Source: Actinomycetes bacterium
Lineage (GTDB): Bacteria; Actinomycetota; Acidimicrobiia; Acidimicrobiales; RAAP-2
Direction of reading: 5' to 3'
DNA length: 64,000 bases
Assembly (NCBI GenBank): GCA_021791895.1
Contig: JAJYVS010000005.1
Span: 16,002 to 80,001, forward strand
Positions within the stretch are counted from its first letter, which is position 1. Each line of letters opens with the position of its first letter. Below are positions 47,551-58,585 of this stretch, piece after piece. The position numbers were made by a program, and so were the translations under genes. The notes below the pieces were generated by a model. It did not search any database. It worked only from the letters and a program-made list of their open reading frames with translations, and was not told the DNA's origin.

Positions 47551-48738
47551 ATGACGGCCCGACCGGCGGTCGCCTATCTCGACCATGCCGCCGCCACCCC
47601 GCCGCGACCCGAGGCCCTCGAGGCGATGGCCGCCGTCGAAGCGGACGGGTTCGCCAACGCCTCGGGATCGCACCGCCTCGCCCGGGAGGCCCGCCGGGCG
47701 GTGGAAGAGGCGCGCGACCTCGTCGCCGGGTTCGTGGGTGCTCGTCCGTCCGAGGTCGTGTTCACCTCGGGCGGAACCGAGTCGGACAATCTCGCCGTCC
47801 TGGGCACGCTCACCGAGCGGACCGGCGCGCTGGAGCCGGTGGGTGCGGTGTGCTCGGCGATCGAGCACGCAGCGGTGCTCGCCCCGATGCGCGCCGCGGC
47901 GCGCGGCGCGGCGCGTCTCCTCGGGGTCGGGGCCGTCAAGCTCACCGAAGTCGGCGCGACCCCAGAGGGCATGATCGACCTCGACGCGCTGGCCCTTGCG
48001 CTCGGGCCGGACACCGCACTGGTCTCGGTGATGACGGCGAACAACGAGGTGGGCACGGTGCAACCGATCGATGCCGTCGCTGGACTGGTGCGAGCCCGTG
48101 CCCCACGGGCGCTCCTGCACACCGACGCGGTCCAGGCGGCCCCCTACCTCGACCTGGCCGAGGTGGTCGGCCCCTGCGACCTGATCGCGCTCAGTGCCCA
48201 CAAACTGGGCGGACCGAAGGGGGTGGGGGCGCTCGTCGTCCGGGCCCCCCACAGGGTGGCCCCCATCCTCCACGGCGGCGGCCAGGAGCACGAGCGCAGG
48301 AGCGGCACCCACAACGTGGCCGGCATCGTCGGGTTCGCGGCGGCGCTGGCCGCGCTGGACGCAGAGCGGGAGGCCGAGGCAGCGCGCGTCGGCCGGCTGC
48401 GCGACGCCTTCGCCGACGCGGTGCTGGCGTCGGTCCCCGACACGACCGAGAGCGCCCCGAGGAGGGCGACCCTGCCTGGCCACTGTCACCTCCGTTTCGC
48501 CCGGGTCGAGCAGGAGGAGCTGCTCATGCTCCTGGACCGGGGGGGCGTCTACGCCTCGGCCGGTTCGGCCTGCGCGAGCGGGGCCGTCGAGCCGAGCCAC
48601 GTCCTCCTGGCCATGGGGCTCGACCCGCTCGAGGCCCGAGGCGGCGTCCGGTTCACGCTCGGCCGCACCACCACCGAGGCCGAGGTGCTGGGCGCGGTGG
48701 GCGTGGTGGCCGACGCCGTCGCCCGCCTGCGCGCCTGA
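47551..48738 (+). CDS. cysteine desulfurase (class V aminotransferase, IscS/NifS-like)
   Basis: ...YLDHAATTP-like N-terminus (YLDHAAATPP), SAHKLGGPKGVGAL (PLP Lys), SAGSACASG (active-site Cys). Confidence 0.9.
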   Translation: MTARPAVAYLDHAAATPPRPEALEAMAAVEADGFANASGSHRLAREARRAVEEARDLVAGFVGARPSEVVFTSGGTESDNLAVLGTLTERTGALEPVGAVCSAIEHAAVLAPMRAAARGAARLLGVGAVKLTEVGATPEGMIDLDALALALGPDTALVSVMTANNEVGTVQPIDAVAGLVRARAPRALLHTDAVQAAPYLDLAEVVGPCDLIALSAHKLGGPKGVGALVVRAPHRVAPILHGGGQEHERRSGTHNVAGIVGFAAALAALDAEREAEAARVGRLRDAFADAVLASVPDTTESAPRRATLPGHCHLRFARVEQEELLMLLDRGGVYASAGSACASGAVEPSHVLLAMGLDPLEARGGVRFTLGRTTTEAEVLGAVGVVADAVARLRA

Positions 48739-48782
48739 GGGGACCGGCCGGCCCGGGCGCCGGCCGATGGCAGACTGCGTCG

Positions 48783-51943
<3,161 letters not shown>

Positions 51944-52015
51944 GACCGGTCGCGACGGCGCTGGCCGAGGTGCCCGAAGGTGGGGGTGGGCCCAAGTAGC
52001 CTGGGGTCCGTTCCG

Positions 52016-53965
52016 ATGCCGCTCATCACCGACGCCATCGGCCGGGTCCTCGGGGGGCGTTACCGGCTCGTCTCGCCCCTCGGAGTGGGAGCATCGGCCC
52101 AGGTCTTCCTGGCCGAGGACGTCTCCTTGCAGCGCCACGTGGCCATCAAGCTCCTCCAGCCCGGGCTGGCGTCGGACCAGGGCTTTTTGAAGCGGTTCCG
52201 GGCCGAGGCCCGGGCGGCCGCGGGGCTGAACAACCCTCACATCGCCCGGGTCTTCGACTGGGGCGAGGACGGTACCGAGCCCTATCTCGTGCTCGAGTAC
52301 CTGGGTGGCGGGAGCCTGCTCGACCTCTTGGAACGGGGGGTCCGGCTCTCGGTGCCCCAGGCGACGGCCCTTGCCGCTCAGGCGGCCCGGGGCCTCGCCC
52401 ACGCCCACGCCCGGGGGATCATCCATCGCGACGTGAAGCCGGCCAACCTGCTCTTCGACGACGAGGGCCGGGTCCGGGTGGCCGACTTCGGGGTGGCCCG
52501 GGCCCTCGCCGAGGGAGCCTGGACCGAACCGGCCGGCTCCGGTGTCATCGGCACCGCCCGGTACGCCGCTCCCGAGCAGGCGCAGGGGGTCGTGTTGGAC
52601 GGACGGGCCGACGTCTATGCCCTGGCCCTCTGCATCTTCGAAGCGCTGACCGGCTACGTGCCCTTCGTCCTCGACACCCCGATGGGGACGCTCGCCGCCC
52701 GAATCGGCGCCAGCCTGCCCGGTCACGGGGCGGTCGGCCCGCTCCAACCCATCCTCTCGGCCGCCGCCGCGCCGGACGTGTCGGAGCGCCCCGACGCCGC
52801 TTCGCTCGCGGCGCAGCTCGAGTCGCTGGCGGCCAGGTTGCCCAGACCCCAGGCCCTCCCCCTCCCCCACACCGTCAGGCCCTGGACCGAAGGCCCCCCG
52901 ACGTTGGCGGGGCCGGGTGCCGGGACGGCAATCCCGGTCGGGCCGGGCGAGCAGACCGGGCTGCTGGCGACGCCGGCTCGGGCCGGGCCGGGCGAGGTAT
53001 TCGACCTCGACCAGGTCGAGGCCACGGCCAGACGCCCCCGCCCCAGCGCGTCGCGCCGTGAGCGGGTGCCGCGGCGCTGGCCGCTCGTCGTGATCTTCCT
53101 CGTCGTCCTGGCCCTGGTCGCCACCGGCCTGGTGATCGCCCTGCGCAAGGGGGTCTTCACGCCCACGCATCCGGTGCCGGCGGTCACCGGGATGACGCTG
53201 GCGCGGGCCCGCCAAACGGCGGCCAAGGACCACTTCACCCTGACCACCGGGATCCCGGTCGCCTCGGTCTCGGTGCGGGCGGGCCGCGTGGTCGACCAGG
53301 ACCCGCGAGCCGGGTCCGAGCTCAAGCAGGGTGGGACGGTCCGGGTCGTGGTCTCAAGCGGTCTCCCGGTCGAGACCATCCCCTCGTTGCGCGGGCTGGG
53401 CTGCAACGGGGCCACCAGGCTGCTCGAGGTCAACCACCTGAAGGCCCAGTGTCCGGCGCTGGCCGCCTACAGCTCTTCGGTGCCGACCGGCGAGGTCATC
53501 AACTGGTCCTATGGCGGCCGGGTGGACCCGACACGAGCCCCCTACGGCGCCACCGTGCTGATCGCACTGAGCAAGGGACCCCAACCCATCACCATCCCCA
53601 ACGTGCAGGGCGACACCTACCAGCAGGCCGCCGCAGCGCTCGGGCAGCTGGGTCTCAGCGTCACCGAGTCCTCCGGTCCGTCGGCCCAGGTCGGCGCGGG
53701 CCTGGTCGGCGCGACCAGCCCGGCGATCGGCGCACAGGTCCCGCCCGGCTCGGCCGTGACCGTGGTCGTGTCCACCGGCCCGCCGACCGTGCAGGTGCCG
53801 AACCTCTCGGGGGACTCGGTCTCGGCCGCCCAGGCCGCCCTCCAGCAGGAGGGCCTCGTCCTCGGGTCGGTCTTCGGCCCGGCCCACGGTACGGTCTTCG
53901 CCACCGTGCCCGAGAGCGGGACCACCGTGCAGGAGGGGACCGCCGTGAACGTCTACACCGCCTGA
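52016..53965 (+). CDS. Ser/Thr protein kinase with extracellular PASTA repeats (PknB-like)
   Basis: GRYRLVSPLGVGASAQVFLAED...VAIKLL...HRDVKPANLL...DFGVA...APEQ. One TM (WPLVVIFLVVLALVATGLVIAL), then three to four PASTA-like repeats. Confidence 0.9.
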   Translation: MPLITDAIGRVLGGRYRLVSPLGVGASAQVFLAEDVSLQRHVAIKLLQPGLASDQGFLKRFRAEARAAAGLNNPHIARVFDWGEDGTEPYLVLEYLGGGSLLDLLERGVRLSVPQATALAAQAARGLAHAHARGIIHRDVKPANLLFDDEGRVRVADFGVARALAEGAWTEPAGSGVIGTARYAAPEQAQGVVLDGRADVYALALCIFEALTGYVPFVLDTPMGTLAARIGASLPGHGAVGPLQPILSAAAAPDVSERPDAASLAAQLESLAARLPRPQALPLPHTVRPWTEGPPTLAGPGAGTAIPVGPGEQTGLLATPARAGPGEVFDLDQVEATARRPRPSASRRERVPRRWPLVVIFLVVLALVATGLVIALRKGVFTPTHPVPAVTGMTLARARQTAAKDHFTLTTGIPVASVSVRAGRVVDQDPRAGSELKQGGTVRVVVSSGLPVETIPSLRGLGCNGATRLLEVNHLKAQCPALAAYSSSVPTGEVINWSYGGRVDPTRAPYGATVLIALSKGPQPITIPNVQGDTYQQAAAALGQLGLSVTESSGPSAQVGAGLVGATSPAIGAQVPPGSAVTVVVSTGPPTVQVPNLSGDSVSAAQAALQQEGLVLGSVFGPAHGTVFATVPESGTTVQEGTAVNVYTA

Positions 53966-53981
53966 CCCGAGACCCCCGACC

Positions 53982-54284
53982 GTGAGCACCCGACCCTGTG
54001 AGCTGTGCGAGGCCGCCCGGATGACCGAGTGGTACCACGAGGACGACGTCTGCTGGGTGGCCGACTGCGAGGTGTGCGACGTGCCGATGGTGGTCTGGCG
54101 CGAGCACGGCGCGACGCCGCCGGACGAGGCGCTCGAGCACATGGTGGCCAAGCTGACCGAGGTGGCCGACCGCCGGTTCGGCACCGAGGGCTGGAGCATC
54201 GACCGGGTGATGCGCCAGATCCCCGACCACTTCCACGCTCACGCTCGCGACCCGAACTGGTGGTACCGGAGGTTCGGGCGCTGA
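53982..54284 (+). CDS. small Cys-rich HIT-like protein (100 aa)
   Basis: CELCEAARMTEWYHEDDVCWVADCEVCDVPMVVWREH...IPDHFHAHAR has CxxC, CxxC and an H-x-H-x-H triad in HIT-like spacing. Lies 16 nt after the kinase stop. Confidence 0.55.
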   Translation: MSTRPCELCEAARMTEWYHEDDVCWVADCEVCDVPMVVWREHGATPPDEALEHMVAKLTEVADRRFGTEGWSIDRVMRQIPDHFHAHARDPNWWYRRFGR

Positions 54285-54310
54285 ACGGCCCGGTCCGGCC
54301 CGGATGAAGC

Positions 54311-54931
54311 TCAGTCGAAGCTCGGCCGGCGGTCCCGGGTCCGCTTGAGTTCGAAGAATCCCTCGGTCGAGGTCACGGCGAGCACCCCGTCGAACAGGCG
54401 TCCGGCCGCCTCGCCCCGCGGGGTCGGGGTCACCACCGGGCCGAAGAACGCATTGCCCTCCACGCTGATGACCGGGGTCCCGACGTCGAGCCCCACCTGG
54501 CTCATGCCCCGCTCGTGGGAGGCCTTGATCGACTCGTCGAGTTCCGAGCTCGCGGCGGCGTCGAGGATCGAGGGGTCGAGGCCGACCTCGGCGAGCGCCT
54601 CGGCCAGCGCCTCGTCACCGCGCTGCTGGCGGTTGTGGAACCGGACCCCGATGGCGCTGTAGAGGGGGAGCAGGACGTCGTCGCCCTTCTGGGCCGCCGC
54701 GGCGGCGCAGATCCGCACCGGCCCCCAGGCCCGCTCCATCCGTTCGAGGTACTCGGGGCTGAGTCCCTGCCCTTCGTGCTGGGTGAGGTTCAGATAGGCG
54801 AGGGACATGAGGTGCCAGCTGGTCTCGACCGGTCGCACCTGCTCCACCTCGAGCATCCAACGCGAGGTGATCCAGGCCCAAGGGCACACCGGGTCGAACC
54901 AGAAGTCGACGGTGGTTCGTGTTTCGCTCAT
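54311..54931 (-). CDS. DsbA-family thiol reductase, Rv2466c-like (mycothiol-dependent type), CPWA variant
   Basis: Internal ATG at 54931. VDFWFDPVCPWAWITSRWMLEV...AWGPVRI...GTPVISVEGNAFFGPVV...FFELKRTR. From memory this is close to M. tuberculosis Rv2466c, which has CPWC. Confidence 0.8.
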   Translation of the reverse strand: MSETRTTVDFWFDPVCPWAWITSRWMLEVEQVRPVETSWHLMSLAYLNLTQHEGQGLSPEYLERMERAWGPVRICAAAAAQKGDDVLLPLYSAIGVRFHNRQQRGDEALAEALAEVGLDPSILDAAASSELDESIKASHERGMSQVGLDVGTPVISVEGNAFFGPVVTPTPRGEAAGRLFDGVLAVTSTEGFFELKRTRDRRPSFD

Positions 54932-55001
54932 CGGCCCACCGTACCGGCGAGCTGGTAGTTCGTGCCCGCTCGACCGTCGCAGCCCGGACAGGCAGTCTTC
55001 G

Positions 55002-55529
55002 GTGGTGACCGACGACATCGTCATCCGCCAGGCGACCACGGCCGATCAGGCAGTGGTGGTGGCACTGGTGCGCGACGCCTTCGGCACCGGCGGCCACGAT
55101 CCGGCCGAGGAGGTCGAGATCGTCGTCTCCACCTGGGCGTCGGATCGCCGTCTCGACGAGCTCGAGCTCGTGGCCGAGGTGGACGGAGTGGTCGTCGGGC
55201 ACGTGCTCTGTGCGTTGGGTGACCTCGAGGGCACCGCCCTGCCGAGCGTCGCCCCCCTGGCGGTGGCCCCTACCGCCCAAGGCCGGGGCATCGGCACCGC
55301 GCTCGTGACCGAGGTGGTGCGCCGGGCCGAGACGGCCGGGTACCCGGCGCTGGTCCTCCTCGGGAGCGACCGGTACTACCGGCGGTTCGGATTCGAGCCG
55401 GCCGGGACCGTCGGTGTCGTCTACGCGCCGGTCGGACCGGCGAGCCCGTACTTCCAGATCCGCCGGCTGGCCGGCTTCGGCCCCTCCCTGCGGGGTGAGT
55501 TCGCCTACCACTGGGAACTCGGCCGGTGA
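55002..55529 (+). CDS. GNAT-family N-acetyltransferase
   Basis: GTG at 55002 or 55005. ...LAVAPTAQGRGIGTALVTEVVRRAETAGYPALVLLGSDRYYRRFGF. Confidence 0.75.
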   Translation: MVTDDIVIRQATTADQAVVVALVRDAFGTGGHDPAEEVEIVVSTWASDRRLDELELVAEVDGVVVGHVLCALGDLEGTALPSVAPLAVAPTAQGRGIGTALVTEVVRRAETAGYPALVLLGSDRYYRRFGFEPAGTVGVVYAPVGPASPYFQIRRLAGFGPSLRGEFAYHWELGR

Positions 55530-55592
55530 GGGCGGACCCGAGGGGCGGGGGTGAGCCCGACGGACCTCGCAGGGACACCATCGCCCCCCTCG

Positions 55593-55763
55593 TCAGGACG
55601 CCGTCGGCATGTCCCTTCCCGAGTCGTAGCTCGTCGGCGGCTTTCCGGCGTCGATGGCGGCGGCATGCTCGTCGCACACCTTCACGCTGAAGTTGCCGGT
55701 CCCCGGACGGGTCCGACGGAGGGCCGTGGCGTCCTTCTCGCAATCCTTTGCTTGACACTTCAT
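55593..55763 (-). CDS. hypothetical 56-aa zinc-ribbon-like protein
   Basis: My translation is MKCQAKDCEKDATALRRTRPGTGNFSVKVCDEHAAAIDAGKPPTSYDSGRDMPTAS. It shows C-x4-C ... C-x2-H. AGAGGAACC sits 5-6 nt before the ATG. Below the ORF-track size cut-off. Confidence 0.45.
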   Translation of the reverse strand: MKCQAKDCEKDATALRRTRPGTGNFSVKVCDEHAAAIDAGKPPTSYDSGRDMPTAS

Positions 55764-56043
55764 GATCGGTTCCTCTGGGATGACCCCCTGTCCTGATGCC
55801 GAAGGATCGGCTCCGCCCTGGACCGGCCGGCAATGACGGCCCCGGCAACGTCGTAGCTCGTATCGGTTCGATCGAACAGGGCCTCAGGTCCAGAGCGTAG
55901 GAACCAACTCGACCGCGCGGACGTCACCCCCGTGCCGTCGGCCTGACGGTCGTCAAGCCGGAGGGCCCCGGGGCGAGCACTCCACGGCGTCTCCTTCGGC
56001 CCTGGCGTCCCCGGTGGTCACGATCGGTGCCACACCACCGAGT

Positions 56044-56079
56044 GACGAAGACGACGAGGACGACGAAGACGACGAAGCA
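56044..56079. repeat. 9-bp tandem repeat x4 (GACGAAGAC / GACGAGGAC / GACGAAGAC / GACGAAGCA)
   Basis: Read directly from the sequence. It would encode (DED)n on the plus strand or (RRL/RRP)n on the minus strand. Coding status unresolved. Confidence 0.7.
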
Positions 56080-56225
56080 GAAAGGTACGGGGGTTCCGGC
56101 ACGCGTCCCGCGGTCGATCGAGTGACGGCCATGTGACCTTCGGCTCTGGAAGGAAGTCGTCGATCGGGGCTAACGCGAACGGAAGCAGGTGATGCGAGGC
56201 GAGTACCAAGTACCTTTCAAACGCT

Positions 56226-56549
56226 GTGATCGTCCCTTTTGGCGGATCCCTGGCTGTTTTGAGCATGGGTCTTCCATTGGCGACCGCGGTTGTCTGGGTC
56301 GCTTTTGGCATTGCGATCGGCGTCCTCGCCGTCTCGGTCGTGGTTCAGCTCGATACCCGTCGAGGAGGCGTGCAGCGGTTGTTCGATCTGCTCGTGACGG
56401 CCACCGGCGGGACCCTGCTCGGCGTGAGCGTGGCCTTCGGTGGCACCCCCGATGTTGCCGGGGGCCGGTCAGACGCCGAGACGGCGGCCGAGATCCTCCC
56501 GTCGACTTCTCGTCGGCGTCGCCCTCAACGATGGAGCGCCTGGACGTAG
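56226..56549 (+). CDS. hypothetical small membrane protein (107 aa)
   Basis: LAVLSMGLPLATAVVWVAFGIAIGVLAVSVVV and LFDLLVTATGGTLLGVSVAFGG are hydrophobic segments. No clear SD. By my hand count about a quarter of the codons end in A/T, which is atypical here. Overlaps the convergent GNAT gene by 25 nt. Confidence 0.4.
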   Translation: MIVPFGGSLAVLSMGLPLATAVVWVAFGIAIGVLAVSVVVQLDTRRGGVQRLFDLLVTATGGTLLGVSVAFGGTPDVAGGRSDAETAAEILPSTSRRRRPQRWSAWT

Positions 56550-56992
56550 ATCGCGCACGGGTTCCCCGGGTGCCAACCAGGGAGGGGGTTGATCACGTCC
56601 AACTTGAAGAACCCCCGACGCTCCCAGAAGGCCACCGTCACGACATAGGGCTCGTAATCGGCGCTCTCGTCGAGGGTCTTCACCTCGAGCAACTCGACCC
56701 CCTCGCGCCCCAGCGCGCCGATGACCTCGTTGACGAGGGCGGTTCCGAGCCCCCCACCGCGATGCTCGGCCTGGACCGCCGCCCACAAGATCTCGGCCGT
56801 CTTCGCCGAGCGTCGCTCGACCATCACCATGCCGAGCACCCGGTCTTCGCGTTCGCCCACCCACGTGGCGCAACGAGTCCAGTCCGATCGGACCTTGTCG
56901 GGGACGTCCGGCGTGAAGTAGTCGGGGAGCGTTCGGACGATCTCCACACAGCGCTCCAGGTCCTTGCGGCCGGCGAGCCGGATCGCGTCCAT
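56525..56992 (-). CDS. GNAT-family N-acetyltransferase
   Basis: Internal ATG at 56992. MDAIRLAGRKDLERCVEIV...VQAEHRGGGLGTALVNEVIGALGREGVELLEVKT...FWERRGF. Confidence 0.8.
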   Translation of the reverse strand: MDAIRLAGRKDLERCVEIVRTLPDYFTPDVPDKVRSDWTRCATWVGEREDRVLGMVMVERRSAKTAEILWAAVQAEHRGGGLGTALVNEVIGALGREGVELLEVKTLDESADYEPYVVTVAFWERRGFFKLDVINPLPGWHPGNPCAIYVQALHR

Positions 56993-57167
56993 GGATCGAT
57001 TCTGCCTCGGCCCCCGGAGATGGGGACCGGGTTTTGAGCGCACTCCGCCCCCAGATAGCCTGAGCGCCGAGCGTCGGGCCCGCACCACCACCGAGGGCCG
57101 GTCCTGCGCGCTCGTCGGTGCCGCGGACCGCCGGCCCGTCGAAGACCGAGGAACGGAGCGAAGGATC

Positions 57168-58055
57168 ATGGGTGCACTGGACGGCCGGGTGGCCATCATC
57201 ACGGGGGCGGGGCGGGGGATCGGCCGGGAGCACGCCCTGCTGTTCGCGTCCGAAGGGGCGAAGGTCGTCGTGAACGACCTCGGCGGCGCCATCGACGGGA
57301 GCGGCGACGATCGGTCCCCAGCGGAGCAGGTCGTCGACGAGATCAAGGCCATGGGCGGCGAGGCCGTGGCCAACGGTGACAACGTCGCCGACTGGGAGGG
57401 GGGCAAGCGCCTGGTCGAATCGGCCGTCGAGGCGTTCGGCGCCCTGCACATCCTGGTGAACAACGCCGGGATCCTGCGCGACCGCGTCCTCATCAACATG
57501 ACCGAGGACGAGTGGGACTCGGTGATCCACGTCCACTTGAAGGGCCACTTCGTGCCGACCCGTCACGCCGCCGCCTACTGGCGGGAGCTGTCCAAGGAGG
57601 GCAAAGAGGTCAAGGCGGCGGTCATCAACACCTCGTCGACCTCGGGCCTGCTCGGCAACCCGGGTCAGACCAACTACGGGGCCGCCAAGGCCGGGATCGC
57701 CGCCTTCACCGTCATCGCCGCCCAGGAGCTGTCCCGCTACGGGGTTCGGGTGAACGCCATCGCGCCGGCGGCCCGGACCCGGATGACCGAGAGCACCCCG
57801 GGCCTCTCCGAGGTGATCAAGGCGCCCGAGTCCGGGGCGTTCGACGTCTGGGACCCGGCCAACATCTCACCGCTGGTCGCCTACCTCGGCACCGAGGACT
57901 GCCCGGCCACCGGGAAAGTGTTCTTCGTCCAGGGGGGCGTGGTCCGGCTGTTCCAGCCCTGGACCATGACCGAGACCATCGACAAGAAGGACCGCTGGAA
58001 CGTGGCGGAGCTCGGGACCGAGATGGCGAAGCTCGGAGTGGCCGCTACGCAGTGA
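57168..58055 (+). CDS. short-chain dehydrogenase/reductase (MFE-2 dehydrogenase-domain-like)
   Basis: Internal ATG at 57168. GRVAIITGAGRGIGREHALLFASEGAKVVVNDLGG...NNAGILRD...YGAAKAG... Confidence 0.85.
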   Translation: MGALDGRVAIITGAGRGIGREHALLFASEGAKVVVNDLGGAIDGSGDDRSPAEQVVDEIKAMGGEAVANGDNVADWEGGKRLVESAVEAFGALHILVNNAGILRDRVLINMTEDEWDSVIHVHLKGHFVPTRHAAAYWRELSKEGKEVKAAVINTSSTSGLLGNPGQTNYGAAKAGIAAFTVIAAQELSRYGVRVNAIAPAARTRMTESTPGLSEVIKAPESGAFDVWDPANISPLVAYLGTEDCPATGKVFFVQGGVVRLFQPWTMTETIDKKDRWNVAELGTEMAKLGVAATQ

Positions 58056-58446
58056 TCTCTCGGATCCGGGCGGCCAACTCCTCGGCGTCCCCGAGCGGGG
58101 CGGTCCCCTGGAGCGAGAGCAGCTTGGCCATGTCGCCGTCGACCCGGACCTTGCCGGCCATGAACGCGGACATCGCCGCCTGGCTGTTGCCCTCCACGAA
58201 GAGGGCCTTGGCCGTCTCGTAGTCCAGCGTCACCGTGAGGTCGGGGTCGGCGAGATGGCCGCGTTCGATGTCCGGTTCGCCCCCCGAGGTGTCGATGTGG
58301 GCGTCGAGCGGGTTGCCCTCGGGGACCTCGGTGATGACCAGGTTCATCTTGACCGGGTTCTCGGCCGGCACCGAGAGTCGGCCGAACTCGGCGCGGATCC
58401 GCCGCGCCTCGACGACCCACTCCTCGCTCAGGAACTGGAACGTCAT
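58045..58446 (-). CDS. SCP2 sterol-carrier domain protein
   Basis: MTFQFLSEEWVVEARRIR...TLDYETAKALFVEGNSQAAMSAFMAGKVRVDGDMAKLLSLQ. Confidence 0.85.
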   Translation of the reverse strand: MTFQFLSEEWVVEARRIRAEFGRLSVPAENPVKMNLVITEVPEGNPLDAHIDTSGGEPDIERGHLADPDLTVTLDYETAKALFVEGNSQAAMSAFMAGKVRVDGDMAKLLSLQGTAPLGDAEELAARIREITA

Positions 58447-58572
58447 GGGCTCTCCTTGGCCCGGCGCGCCCGGTGGCGGCGGTGGGTCGGCGCCAGCAGG
58501 TTAACCGCCGCGCCGGTCTCCGCTCCGGCGGGGCGGGTCCGACCCGGCGGCAGGCCCCGCTCGCGACCCGGG

Positions 58573-58578
58573 TAGCAT
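58573..58578 (+). promoter_or_regulatory. candidate -10 hexamer TAGCAT placed 7 nt before the GTG of the hydrolase gene (leaderless-type arrangement)
   Basis: gggTAGCATcgctccgGTG. There is no SD-like purine run between the hexamer and the start codon. Confidence 0.25.
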
Positions 58579-58585
58579 CGCTCCG

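Noticed and set aside
55622-55866. 12-nt direct repeat GTCGTAGCTCGT occurring twice
   Set aside because: One copy lies inside the zinc-ribbon sORF. Exact 12-mers are expected to recur by chance many times in 64 kb of biased-composition DNA.
55849-55885. tRNA-like fragment (GTAGCTCG ... GGTTCGATCGAAC)
   Set aside because: The D-arm-like and T-loop-like strings are only about 5 nt apart, and no acceptor or anticodon stems can be drawn. It is not a tRNA or a recognisable tRNA remnant.
55775-55935. 6C-type small RNA (C-rich loops ACCCCCU and CACCCCCG)
   Set aside because: The loops have only five C residues, lie about 145 nt apart, and lack the paired stem architecture of 6C RNA.
56018-56311. 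97-aa minus-strand ORF (MPKATQTTAVANGRPMLKT...RRLRRPRRLRH)
   Set aside because: Many codons end in A/T, there is no SD at a usable distance, and the Arg-rich tail is just the reverse reading of the 9-bp repeat. It also competes with the more protein-like hydrophobic plus-strand ORF.
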